Part shown: one piece after another, positions 8,768 to 20,651 of the stretch
How positions within the stretch are numbered: the stretch's first letter is position 1
Layout: every line of letters begins with the position of its first letter
From: Halobacteria archaeon
Lineage (GTDB): Archaea > Halobacteriota > Syntropharchaeia > JACQPP01
Reading direction: 5' to 3'
NCBI GenBank assembly: GCA_038869515.1
Contig: JAWCQZ010000008.1
Coordinates: forward strand, 12,633-76,632
DNA length: 64,000 nt
Position numbers and translations under genes: made by a program
The notes under the pieces: model-generated
What the model was told of the DNA's origin: nothing
The model's database searches: none
What the model saw: only the letters and a program-made list of their open reading frames with translations

Positions 8768-9622
8768 ATGCGCATCGCGCGGTTCGGGCTCCCGGGCCGG
8801 GAGGGGTGGGGCTTCGTGGTGGGAGACGGGGTCGTCGAGGGCCCCTCCGTGGGGCTGCCGGGAAGCCTCGACTCCCTCCTTGGCGGAAACGCCGCGGCGT
8901 CGCTCGCCGGGGCGCGGGCCTCCCTGGCCGCCGCCCGCCCCTCCCTCCGCCTCCCGGAGGTCGCCCTCCGCGCCCCGGTCCGCCCGTCGAAAATCGTCTG
9001 CGTCGGGCTGAACTACGCCGACCACGCGGCGGAGACCGGCGCGAAGATTCCGAAGGAGCCGGTCCTGTTCGCGAAACTGCCCAACGCGGTCGCCGGGCCC
9101 CGCGACGACATCCGATGCCCCGGCTTCGTGGAGCGCCTCGACTACGAGGCGGAGCTGGGGGTGGTGATCGGGGCGCGATGCCGCGACATCGAGCCCTCCC
9201 GGGCCATGGAGCAGGTCCTCGGCTACGTCGCCGTCAACGACCTCTCGGCCCGGGACCTGCAGGCCCGGGACGGCCAGTGGACGCGCGCGAAGTCGCTCGA
9301 CACCTTCTGCCCCGTGGGGCCGTGGCTGGTGACGGCCGATGAAATCCCCGACCCCCACCGGCTCGCGGTCCGGGCGCGGGTGAACGGAGAGGTGCGCCAA
9401 GACTCCTCCACGGCGAGCATGGTGGTGAAACTCCCGGAACTCATCGCCTACATCAGCCGCGGCATGACGCTGGAGCCGGGGGACCTCATCTCCACGGGGA
9501 CGCCGGCGGGGGTGGGGATGGGGCGGAGGCCGCCCGTGTTCCTGAAGGAGGGGGACGTGGTGGAAGTGGAGGTTGGCGGGGTGGGGGCCCTCCGGAACCG
9601 GGTCCGGAGGGAAGGAGGGTAA
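8768..9622 (+). CDS. fumarylacetoacetate hydrolase family protein
   Basis: KIVCVGLNYADH, DYEAEL, NDLSARD, KSLDTFCPVGP, TGTPAGVG. Confidence 0.93.
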   Translation: MRIARFGLPGREGWGFVVGDGVVEGPSVGLPGSLDSLLGGNAAASLAGARASLAAARPSLRLPEVALRAPVRPSKIVCVGLNYADHAAETGAKIPKEPVLFAKLPNAVAGPRDDIRCPGFVERLDYEAELGVVIGARCRDIEPSRAMEQVLGYVAVNDLSARDLQARDGQWTRAKSLDTFCPVGPWLVTADEIPDPHRLAVRARVNGEVRQDSSTASMVVKLPELIAYISRGMTLEPGDLISTGTPAGVGMGRRPPVFLKEGDVVEVEVGGVGALRNRVRREGG

Positions 9623-9919
9623 ATGGATGTCCCCTCGGGCGGCCTCGAAGAGCGCCTCCTGCGCCTCCTCCTGGAGTGCGGCGCCTCCTCGACGGCCGAC
9701 CTCCGCCGCCGGCTCCGCCTCCCGGAGGCGCGACTCGCGCATCTCTTGAAGCGGCTTGAGTCGCGGGGGATGGTGGCGGTGGAGCGACTCCCCCACGCAG
9801 CGTTCGTCTCCCTCCGCAGGAGCGACCTCCGCTTCGTCGGCGTCAAGCGCGGCCAGAAGCACCCGTTCCGGAAGTCGAAGGGCCGAAGGTCCCCCGCGCC
9901 CGACCCGCTCTACGGCTGA
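9623..9919 (+). CDS. winged helix-turn-helix domain protein
   Basis: HTH-like STADLRRRLRLPEARLAHLLKRLESRGMV; follows the upstream stop directly; GGAGG RBS. Confidence 0.65.
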   Translation: MDVPSGGLEERLLRLLLECGASSTADLRRRLRLPEARLAHLLKRLESRGMVAVERLPHAAFVSLRRSDLRFVGVKRGQKHPFRKSKGRRSPAPDPLYG

Positions 9920-9922
9920 GCC

Positions 9923-10633
9923 CTACGCCGCGGGGCGGGTCAGGGAGACCATCAGCACCGGCCGCCGCTTCCCCTCGATCTTCTGGGTGGAGGCGGCCAC
10001 CGTCCAGAACCTCCGCCGGAGCCGCGCGCGGGCGTCGTCCGGGAGCGCCCCGGGCTCGGCCTGGATGAGGAGGACCGCCTCCTGGGGGCCGGTGATGTCG
10101 AAGGCATGCTCCAGGACCGGGAGGTCCCCGGCCCCCTGGATCTCGGCGAGGACCACCGACTTGCGGTGCTCCTCGAGGAAGGCCCGCAGGGCCTCCAGGA
10201 CGTCGGAGGGCTCCTTGAGGGGCCGGACCACAGAGACCTTGGGGCCCCGGAGGGCGAGGCCGCCGGCGAAGTCGAGGATGATGCCCTCCTGGCCCCCGGC
10301 CGAGGTGTAGGCCTTCAGCAGTTTGCGCGCCAGGCCGGGCTTCTTCTCCACGAGGAGGTACCCCTGCCCCGGCGAGACCAGCTGCCGCGCGGCCTCGAAC
10401 CCGAAGTCGGGGTCCACCGGCATCCGCAGGGTGGGCCCTCCGGGCGGGCCGCCCTTCGCCATCCGCTCCAGGAACTCCACCATGTCGGGAGCCACCGGCT
10501 TCAGGATGGCCCGCAGTTTCGCCAGCGCCTCGGCGGGGCTCTTCTCGATCAGTTTCAGCGTGGAGTCGACCTCGGCCTCCTTCATTCCCAGGGCCTTCAG
10601 GACGACCCGGAGCCGGCCCGACTCGGCGCTCAT
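9923..10633 (-). CDS. hypothetical protein with DUF835-like (inactive RecA-like) C-terminal domain
   Basis: PGQGYLLVEKKP, SVVLAEI, LLIQAEPGAL resemble DUF835. Confidence 0.55.
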   Translation of the reverse strand: MSAESGRLRVVLKALGMKEAEVDSTLKLIEKSPAEALAKLRAILKPVAPDMVEFLERMAKGGPPGGPTLRMPVDPDFGFEAARQLVSPGQGYLLVEKKPGLARKLLKAYTSAGGQEGIILDFAGGLALRGPKVSVVRPLKEPSDVLEALRAFLEEHRKSVVLAEIQGAGDLPVLEHAFDITGPQEAVLLIQAEPGALPDDARARLRRRFWTVAASTQKIEGKRRPVLMVSLTRPAA

Positions 10634-10672
10634 GGAAGCGGATGGGTGCGGCAGGGCATAAAGACGGTGACC

Positions 10673-11596
10673 TCAGGCTTGGCGGCCCGCGAACCTCTCC
10701 AGCCGCGCCAGGGTGGGCAGGGCGGTCATCGCCCCGGGCCGGGTGCAGACCAGGGCCCCCGCGGCGTTGGCGAAGCGGCCCATCTTCCCGGCGGGCCACC
10801 CCCGCAGGAGGCCGAAGAGGAGCGCCGCCGCGAAGCCGTCGCCCGCGCCGGTGGTGTCCGCGGCCCGAACCCGGAATGCCGGGGGGGAGATGCGTTCGCC
10901 CTCGTGGAAGAGGAGGGAGCCCCGGGCCCCCCGCTTCAGGGCGAGCCACTCCGGCCCGAAGCGGCGGAGGAGGGCCCGCGCCGCCCGGTCCGGGGCACGG
11001 GCTCCGGTGACAATGCGCGCCTCCTCTTCGGTCAGCAGCAGCAGGTCGGTCCGCGCGAGGAGCCAGCGGAGGAAGGGGCGCGGGAAGGGGTGGTCCCGCC
11101 TCATGTTGGGGTCGAAGGAGACCGGGACCCCGAGCCTCCCCGCCCTCGCCACCGCCCTCCGGAGCGCCGCGGGCCCCCGGGGCGCCAGCAGCGGCCCCGA
11201 GCCGCAGTGGAGGAGCCGCAGGCCCCGCCCGAAGGCGGGGAGATCCTCCGGGCCGAGGGCCATGTCGGCGCTCCCGGTCCGGTGGAAGTCGAAGGTGCGC
11301 TCCCCGCCCCGGCCGAGGTAGACGAAGGCGAGCCCGGTCGGCTCCCGGCTCCTCCGCAGCCACCGCGTCTCCACCCCCTCCCGCTCCAGAGTGGCGATGA
11401 GGAAGGAGCCGAGACGGTCCTCCGAGACGCGACCCGCGAAGGCGACGCGAGCGCCGAGGCGGGCGAGCCCCACCGCGACGTTGGCCGGGGCGCCTCCGGC
11501 GAACTTCGCGAAGCCCGGCGGATCCGGGCCGGGGCGGGTCGCGACGAGGTCGACGAGGAGTTCGCCGACGCAGAGCGCCTCGGGGTTGATGGCCAC
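10673..11596 (-). CDS. PfkB family carbohydrate kinase (fructokinase-like)
   Basis: GELLVD, GGAPANVA, SFDPNMR, DTTGAGDGF. Confidence 0.92.
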   Translation of the reverse strand: MAINPEALCVGELLVDLVATRPGPDPPGFAKFAGGAPANVAVGLARLGARVAFAGRVSEDRLGSFLIATLEREGVETRWLRRSREPTGLAFVYLGRGGERTFDFHRTGSADMALGPEDLPAFGRGLRLLHCGSGPLLAPRGPAALRRAVARAGRLGVPVSFDPNMRRDHPFPRPFLRWLLARTDLLLLTEEEARIVTGARAPDRAARALLRRFGPEWLALKRGARGSLLFHEGERISPPAFRVRAADTTGAGDGFAAALLFGLLRGWPAGKMGRFANAAGALVCTRPGAMTALPTLARLERFAGRQA

Positions 11597-11679
11597 GGTG
11601 GCCTTTTTTCGCCAGACGGCAAAAAGCAGGCCCGATGCTCGGCCGCTCCGAACTCTCGCGTTCGCCGTCCCCCGACGGG

Positions 11680-12297
11680 GTGAGTTCGGGGCGACTCGTC
11701 GGCGTCGTGGCCCTCCAGGGCGACGTGAGCGAGCACCTCGAGGCGTTCCGGAAGGTGCTCGGGGAGGCCGGGGAGGCGATCCCCATCCGCCGCCGGGGGG
11801 AGGTGGCGGGCTGCGACGCCCTCTCCCTCCCCGGGGGGGAGTCCACCACCATCGGCCGGCTCCTGGCGGAGAAGGGGATCGGGCCGGAGATCGCCGAGGC
11901 CGCGCGGCGGGGAGTCCCGGTCCTCGGGACCTGCGCCGGGCTGGTCCTCCTGGCGAAGAGGGTCACGGACGAGCTGGAGCGGGGAAGCCCGGGAAACGGC
12001 GGCCGGGTGACGCCCCTCGGCCTCATGGACATCGCCGCCGACCGGAACGCGTTCGGGCGGCAGCGGGAGTCGTTCGAGGCGAACCTCGATTTTCCCGCCC
12101 TGGGGCGGGAGCCCTGCCCGGCACTCTTCATCCGCGCCCCCGCCATCGCCTCGACGGGGCCGGGCGTCGAAGTGCTCGCCCGCCACCAGGGGCGCATCGT
12201 GGCCGCGCGCCAGGGCAACCTCCTGGCCCTCGCCTTCCATCCCGAACTGACCGGCGACCCGCGGCCCCTCCGCTATTTCCTCGCCATGGGAGGGTAA
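11680..12297 (+). CDS. pdxT: pyridoxal 5'-phosphate synthase glutaminase subunit PdxT
   Basis: VALQGDVSEH, PGGESTT, GTCAG, RNAFGRQRESFE, FIRAP, FHPE; start uncertain (ATG at 11635 is possible). Confidence 0.93.
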   Translation: MSSGRLVGVVALQGDVSEHLEAFRKVLGEAGEAIPIRRRGEVAGCDALSLPGGESTTIGRLLAEKGIGPEIAEAARRGVPVLGTCAGLVLLAKRVTDELERGSPGNGGRVTPLGLMDIAADRNAFGRQRESFEANLDFPALGREPCPALFIRAPAIASTGPGVEVLARHQGRIVAARQGNLLALAFHPELTGDPRPLRYFLAMGG

Positions 12298-12300
12298 GCG

Positions 12301-12756
12301 ATGGACCTGCGCCTGCTGCGCCGCCGGCTGCTCCTCATGCCCCTCCTGCTCGGGGCGGCGGCCCTGTTCCTCCTCTTTTCCCTCGACGGGGGGCAGGCCG
12401 GGGGGGCGGTCCTCGTCGGGCCCATCCCGGTCGCGGTCGGGACGTCGCCGATGGCTGCCGCCCTCGCCCTGCTCCTCCTCTTCGGTCTCCTGGTTCTGGC
12501 CACAGGGCGGATGTTGAAGGCCGCCGCCGAGACGGAGAGGGAGCACAGGTCGCGGGAGCATCCTCCCCCCGCCCCCCAGGAAACCGCGCAGGCCGGGGCC
12601 TCCAGAAGGACCCGGGTCCGGGGCGCCGGGGTCGTCATGGTCGGGCCCCTCCCCATCGCCTGGGGAAACGACCCGAGGCTCCTCCGGTTCACCCTCCTGC
12701 TGGCGGCCGCCCTGACGGCCCTCGGCGTGGGAGCGATGCTGCTGTCGCCCGGTTAG
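12301..12756 (+). CDS. DUF131 (TIGR00304) membrane protein
   Basis: two copies of the GG/AG-VxVGP(I/L)P(V/I)AxG motif with TM helices. Confidence 0.75.
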   Translation: MDLRLLRRRLLLMPLLLGAAALFLLFSLDGGQAGGAVLVGPIPVAVGTSPMAAALALLLLFGLLVLATGRMLKAAAETEREHRSREHPPPAPQETAQAGASRRTRVRGAGVVMVGPLPIAWGNDPRLLRFTLLLAAALTALGVGAMLLSPG

Positions 12757-14063
12757 GAGGAGCCGTCCAGGCGGAACATCTCCTCCGCCGATCGGAGGAG
12801 ACGGGCGTCCCCGCGGCCCGAGGCTTTCCGGATGGCCTCGGCGGGACCGGCGAGAATCTTGTTGGCGATGCTGTCTACCAGGGCGCGCAGGACCGCCTCC
12901 TGCTCCTTGCCCGGGGTCCCGTTCAACTTCCGCAGCGACCTCTCCAGTTCGGCCGCCTTCACCCGCTCCACGTTCCGGTATAGCCTGCGCAGGAGGTCCT
13001 CTCCCGGGGCTCCCTTCTCCGCCAGGGAGGCGACCGCCCGGTCCACCAGGCCCTCGACCCGGGCCATCTCGGCCCTCCGCTTCTGGAGGTTCTTCCGCGC
13101 GACCTCGCGGAGACCGTCGATGTTGTAGAGGCGGACGCCCGGGAGTTCCCCAATGGCGCGGTCCACGTTCCGGGGGTTGGAGATGTCAATCACGAAGAGG
13201 GGGCGGTCCCCCAGTCCCGCCCGGGAGCGGCGGCGGAGGATGGACTCCATCTCCTCGACTCCGACCACCGCGTGGGGGGCCGAGGAGGCGCAGATGAAGA
13301 GGTCGGCCCGGGAGATGGGGCCCGCCATGCTCGCCAGCGGGACGGTCTCGGGGTGGCCGGCGCCTCCGTTTTCCAGGAGGCCCGCCAGGTCCCGGGCCCT
13401 CCTCAGGGTCCGGTTCGCGAAGGTCACCGACTTCACCTTCTGCTTCACGAGGGAGCGGGCCACGGCCCGGGCCATGTCCCCAGCCCCGAGGATGACCAGC
13501 GAGCGCCCCTCCAGGGAGCCGCCGCACAGTTTCCGGGCCAACTCCACGGTGGCGGAGCCGATGGAGACGTTGCCCCGGCCGATGGCGGTCCGGGCCCGGG
13601 CCTCCTTGCCGGTGCTCAAGGCCTTCTGGAAGAGGGCGTCGAGGGTCCGGCCCGCGGTCCCCTCCTGGCGGGCGAAGCGGTAGGCCTCCCGCACCTGCCC
13701 GAGAATCTGCCCCTCGCCGACAATCATGCTGTCGAGCCCCGCGGCGACCGAGAGGAGGTGGCGGGCCGAGGCCTCCCCCGAGTAGAAGCGGACCGTGTCG
13801 GGCGTCGTGGAGTTCCCCAGGAGGTCCCCGAGGCGCTCCCGGACCCCGGCGGGGTCCCGGGCGACGGCGTAGATCTCCACCCGGTTGCAGGTCCGGAGGA
13901 GGGCGCATTCCTCGACGCCCTCCATCTCCTTCACCGAGCGGAGGAGAGAGCGGGCCTCCTTCGTCGAGGCCATCTCCAACTGGTCAATGGTGGCCCACCG
14001 GTGGGTGACGTGGGCGCTGACCAGGGAGCGGACGCCCGGACCTCCGTAGCTCCTCGCGGCCAT
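12753..14063 (-). CDS. hemA: glutamyl-tRNA reductase
   Basis: TCNRVE, GLDSMIVGEGQILGQV, GAGDMA, DISNPRNV. Confidence 0.96.
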   Translation of the reverse strand: MAARSYGGPGVRSLVSAHVTHRWATIDQLEMASTKEARSLLRSVKEMEGVEECALLRTCNRVEIYAVARDPAGVRERLGDLLGNSTTPDTVRFYSGEASARHLLSVAAGLDSMIVGEGQILGQVREAYRFARQEGTAGRTLDALFQKALSTGKEARARTAIGRGNVSIGSATVELARKLCGGSLEGRSLVILGAGDMARAVARSLVKQKVKSVTFANRTLRRARDLAGLLENGGAGHPETVPLASMAGPISRADLFICASSAPHAVVGVEEMESILRRRSRAGLGDRPLFVIDISNPRNVDRAIGELPGVRLYNIDGLREVARKNLQKRRAEMARVEGLVDRAVASLAEKGAPGEDLLRRLYRNVERVKAAELERSLRKLNGTPGKEQEAVLRALVDSIANKILAGPAEAIRKASGRGDARLLRSAEEMFRLDGSS

Positions 14064-14241
14064 CTCCCCTCCCTACAGAGGTCCCATTTTAAACGTTGAG
14101 CCGGACCGGCCGGTGCCCGACCCCGCCCGGAGAGGGAGGACTGCGTGCCGCCCTTCCACGGAAACGGGCCCAGGAGCGCCGGTTCTTCCCGCAGGGGAGA
14201 GCGAGGAATCCTATATGAACCCGGGGGCCAAGGGGTCGCCG

Positions 14242-15123
14242 ATGGCCGAGGAGCGACCTCCCGGGATACCCATGATGCTGGAGAAGCCGCCCCCGGGCCA
14301 GCCCGCGGGGCTCCTCGGCCTTCCGCCCGCCGCGCCTCCCGACGAGCGGGCCTCCGGCGAGGTCCCGTCGCGCCCCTCCAGACCCTGGGGCGGGACGGTG
14401 GCCGTCCGCCTCCCCCACCTCTTCGCCATCGCCGTCGCCCTCGCATTCGTGAGCGGATTCGCGCTCCACGCCGCGGTGTTCCCGGGAACATCTCCTGCCG
14501 GCGGCCCCGCCCCCGCCGCGCCCGCGGGGACCCTCGCGGCGGGCCGCATCCAGCTCTCCAACGGGCTGGGGGACGCCTACACCGAGGGGAACACGAACGC
14601 CAAGGTCCAGCTCATCGAATTCTCCGACTACCAGTGCCCATTCTGCCGCAGGCACTACACCCAGACCGCGCCAACCCTCCTGGCAGACTACGTCCGGAGC
14701 GGCAAGGTCCTCTACGCCTACCGCGATTTCCCGCTCGACAACATCCACCCCGGGGCGACCCCCTGGGCCATCGCGGCGCGCTGCGCGGGGGAGCAGGGGA
14801 AGTACAAGGCCCTCCACGACAAAATCTTCGACGAGCAGAGCAAGCAGGGACAGGGAACCATCAGTTACGAAGACTACGCCGCCGTCGCCAAGCAGTGGGC
14901 CCAGGAACTCGGCCTGGACGCGGGCGCCTTCAACGCCTGCCTCGACTCGCGGAAATACGCCAGGCAGGTCCAGAGGGACCTCCAGGACGGTTTCGCCGCC
15001 GGGGTGAGCGGCACCCCGTCGTTTTTCGTGGGGAACCCCCAGAAGGGATATGTGAGAATCGAGGGGGCGCGGGAGCTCGCCCTCTTCAAGCAGACCCTGG
15101 ACCAGGAACTCGCCTCGGCCTGA
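14242..15123 (+). CDS. membrane-anchored DsbA family thioredoxin-fold protein
   Basis: TM helix, EFSDYQCPFC, DFPLDNIHP, GVSGTPSF; start uncertain. Confidence 0.88.
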   Translation: MAEERPPGIPMMLEKPPPGQPAGLLGLPPAAPPDERASGEVPSRPSRPWGGTVAVRLPHLFAIAVALAFVSGFALHAAVFPGTSPAGGPAPAAPAGTLAAGRIQLSNGLGDAYTEGNTNAKVQLIEFSDYQCPFCRRHYTQTAPTLLADYVRSGKVLYAYRDFPLDNIHPGATPWAIAARCAGEQGKYKALHDKIFDEQSKQGQGTISYEDYAAVAKQWAQELGLDAGAFNACLDSRKYARQVQRDLQDGFAAGVSGTPSFFVGNPQKGYVRIEGARELALFKQTLDQELASA

Positions 15124-15186
15124 TTCAAAACCCGCAACGGCTGCCCAGAAAGTTTTTAAACCGACCCTGCGAGCCTGCGAGCGGAG

Positions 15187-15471
15187 ATGGCGCGGAAAGG
15201 CAGCAAGAGGCGCTTCGTCCTCGTCCGTGGTTCCAAGGAGGTCGCCGTCTTCACCGGAAGGTTTCCCCGCCAGGCGGCCCTCAAGGCGGCGTGCGCGGGC
15301 TACACCGCCATCGCCCTGCGGGAGCGCGGCACCAGGAAACTCCACCAGTTCAAGGGCTCCCGGCAGAAGGTGAAGGCTCCGCCCGGCCGCCCTTCCTGGC
15401 TCCCCGAGATGGTCTGGGTGCCCCGGGTGCGGAAGCAGGGCATCAAGCACCTCGAGAAGAAGCGGCGCTGA
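15187..15471 (+). CDS. non-histone chromosomal protein MC1
   Basis: RRFVL..EVAVFTGRFPRQAALKAA, LRERGTRKLH, RPSWLPE. Confidence 0.92.
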   Translation: MARKGSKRRFVLVRGSKEVAVFTGRFPRQAALKAACAGYTAIALRERGTRKLHQFKGSRQKVKAPPGRPSWLPEMVWVPRVRKQGIKHLEKKRR

Positions 15472-15482
15472 CCGGAGAAGAG

Positions 15483-16457
15483 TCAAAGAGGAAGAGATTC
15501 CCGGAGCCTCGCGAGTCGCGCCAAGGGGCCGGTGGCCAAGTCCACGCCGCGGGCCGCGGCCTCGATGCTCCGCAACTCCGCCGGGGCCATTAACCAGTCC
15601 CCGCCCCGGGCGTTCTCCTCGGCCTGCCCCGCGCTCTTGGCTCCGGGGATGGCGACCACACGCGGGTCATGGACCAGCCAGTTCAACGCCGTCTGGGAGA
15701 CGCTTCTCCCGCGCCTCTTCCCGACCTTCCGCAGAGCGGTGATGAGCGGGACAGCGCGCCGGAGGTTCTCCCGGGAGAAGAGGGGGTGGGCCCGCCGGAC
15801 CCAGTCCGAGGGCTGGTGGTCCGGGGTGTATTTGCCCGACAGAGCCCCCTGTGCCAGGGGGCTGTAGGCGATGAGGGTCACGCCCCACTTCCGGCACGCG
15901 GGGAGAAGGTCCCTCTCGGCTTCCCGCTCCAGGAGGTTGTACTTCACCTGGTTGGAGACCACCTCCGACCGGGGCAGCGCCTCCCGGGCCTCGCGGAGCA
16001 TGGCGGCGGGGAAGTTGCTCACGCCGATGTGGCGAATCCAGCCCCGCTTCTTGAGCCGTTCCATGGCCCGCATCATCGCCGGGACCGGGACGAGGGGGTT
16101 GGGCCAGTGGACCTGGTAGAGGTCGATGGCGTCCACGCCCAGGCGGCGGCGGGAGCCCGCGCATGCCTTCTCGAAGGAGTGGAAGGGCATCACCTTGGAG
16201 GCGACGAAGACACCGTCGCGCCTCTCCCCGAGAGCCTCGCCGATGACCTGCTCCGAGCGCCACGGGCCGTAGATTTCGGCGGTGTCGAGCCAGTTCACGC
16301 CGAGGGCGAGGGCCCGGTCGAAGGCCTCCAGGGCCTGCCGCTTGCCGTAAGAGCCGCCCCACCCCCATTCGAGGGCCCCCCACTGCCACGTCCCGGCGCC
16401 GATGACCGAGAGTTTTTCGCCGGTCCGGCCGAGCATCGCGGTCCGCATGGCACCCAT
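15483..16457 (-). CDS. aldo/keto reductase
   Basis: GTWQWG, DTAEIYG, DLYQVHWP, IGVSNF, AYSPLAQG, IPGAKS. Confidence 0.93.
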   Translation of the reverse strand: MGAMRTAMLGRTGEKLSVIGAGTWQWGALEWGWGGSYGKRQALEAFDRALALGVNWLDTAEIYGPWRSEQVIGEALGERRDGVFVASKVMPFHSFEKACAGSRRRLGVDAIDLYQVHWPNPLVPVPAMMRAMERLKKRGWIRHIGVSNFPAAMLREAREALPRSEVVSNQVKYNLLEREAERDLLPACRKWGVTLIAYSPLAQGALSGKYTPDHQPSDWVRRAHPLFSRENLRRAVPLITALRKVGKRRGRSVSQTALNWLVHDPRVVAIPGAKSAGQAEENARGGDWLMAPAELRSIEAAARGVDLATGPLARLARLRESLPL

Positions 16458-16494
16458 GGGGAAACTCTATGGCCAGAGGGATGAACCCGGCGCC

Positions 16495-17190
16495 ATGCTG
16501 CGGCTCAAGGCGCTCCTGGTCGATTTCGACGGGACCCTCGCCGACCACGAAGCTGTCTTCGCCGAGGAGTTGGACGGCCTCCTGGGGCTCCCGGGCCGGG
16601 AGATCTTCCGCCTCTGGCTCGAAGTCCACCGGGAGGAGGTCCACACCGACTTCCCCGACCGCCACGAGGACCCGGTGTTCCACCTGGAGAGGGTCGCCCG
16701 GCGGGCGGGCCGGAGACCGGGAAGGAAGGAGGCGGAGGAGTTCCGCGCGGCCTTCCAGCGGGGCGCCTGGAGGTCCTCCCGTCAGCCCCGCTTCCACCGG
16801 GACTCCCTCGACTTCCTCCGGCACGGCCTCCGCCCCGAGGCGCCCCTCTTCGCCCTCTCGACCGGCGACCGGGCGGCGGCCAAGGCGCGCGCCGCGGCGC
16901 AGGCCGTCGGCCGTCCGGCCTTCCGCCTCATCCTGAGCGAGGAGACGCTGGGCATCCGGAAGGACCGCCCGGAGTTCTTCCGGCGGGCCTGCGAGAGGCT
17001 GCGGCTCCGTCCGCGGGAGGTGGCCTACCTCGGGGACCTGCCCCTCCACGACGTCGGGCCCGCCCGGGCGGCGGGGCTCTGGTCGGTCTACGTGAACCGG
17101 AAGACCGAGGCCATTCCCCCGGGCCGCCCGAGGCCCCACTTCGAGGTGAGGGACCTGTGGGAGGCGCGGCGGGAGCTCGGACTGCTCTGA
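16495..17190 (+). CDS. HAD family hydrolase
   Basis: DFDGTL motif I, K of motif III, LGDLPLHDV motif IV. Confidence 0.85.
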   Translation: MLRLKALLVDFDGTLADHEAVFAEELDGLLGLPGREIFRLWLEVHREEVHTDFPDRHEDPVFHLERVARRAGRRPGRKEAEEFRAAFQRGAWRSSRQPRFHRDSLDFLRHGLRPEAPLFALSTGDRAAAKARAAAQAVGRPAFRLILSEETLGIRKDRPEFFRRACERLRLRPREVAYLGDLPLHDVGPARAAGLWSVYVNRKTEAIPPGRPRPHFEVRDLWEARRELGLL

Positions 17191-17267
17191 AAATCGCCGG
17201 GGGGGGCGGGGAGGGGGGAATTGGACCGGAATCGTCGCCGGTCCTCTCCGGCGTCTCTCGGCGACAG

Positions 17268-17339
17268 TGCGCCAATCGGGAGTCGAACCCGAGTTTTGGG
17301 CTTGGCAAGCCCAAGTCATAACCGCTAGACCATTGGCGC
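17268..17339 (-). tRNA. tRNA-Gly(GCC)
   Basis: GCGCCAATGGTCTAGCGGTTATGACTTGGGCTTGCCAAGCCCAAAACTCGGGTTCGACTCCCGATTGGCGCA folds as a cloverleaf; CCA not encoded. Confidence 0.95.
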
Positions 17340-17452
17340 CCGGGGAGTGGGGGAAGGGGGCTGTGCTCCCCCGTCCTTGGAACCCTTCACCCTCCCCGCA
17401 TATTAAAACGTACAAACAAGGCTCCGGCAACCCGGGCCCGAAAGTTTTTTAT

Positions 17453-17494
17453 ACTAACCAATGGTTAGTGCCAATCACTAACCATAGGTTAGTG
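17453..17494 (+). promoter_or_regulatory. tandem heat-shock operators CTAAC-N5-GTTAG (HSR1-type)
   Basis: ACTAACCAATGGTTAGT (17453-17469) and CACTAACCATAGGTTAGTG (17476-17494) directly after TATA box TTTTATA. Confidence 0.85.
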
Positions 17495-17517
17495 GCAAAG
17501 GAGGTGAACACCGAACA

Positions 17518-20354
<2,837 letters not shown>

Positions 20355-20387
20355 GAGGCGCCGATGGCCGGGCGCGAGCGCTCTTGG

Positions 20388-20651
20388 ATGATGGACGCGT
20401 GCCCCATCTGCGGGAAGGTCTGCCGGGGAGCGTCCCGGAGATCGGTGGGGGCCCAGCTCCGGCGTTGCGCGCTCACCCACCGGCGCGCGGGGCCTCCCCC
20501 AGCGGTCCCGCCCGCCTCCGTCCTGCCGCATCCGGCCATTCCGCCGCTCGGACCGTCCGGCCCCTCCGGGTGGACGGTGGATGGAGAAGCGCCTCCACGC
20601 GCTACTTCGCCGGCCGCCGCTTCGTCCCCTTCTCCGTGTCCTCCACCTTGA
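20388..20651 (+). CDS. possible small Cys-containing (CPIC) protein
   Basis: MMDACPICGKVC..RCALTH fills the cdc48-cysS gap; Pro-rich tail overlaps the cysS end. Confidence 0.3.
   Translation: MMDACPICGKVCRGASRRSVGAQLRRCALTHRRAGPPPAVPPASVLPHPAIPPLGPSGPSGWTVDGEAPPRATSPAAASSPSPCPPP

Noticed and set aside
17453..17494. Short repeats here and at 7065-7109 considered as mini-CRISPR arrays
   Set aside because: Only two units with a 24-25 bp period, no spacers and no cas genes; their position right after TATA boxes fits operators
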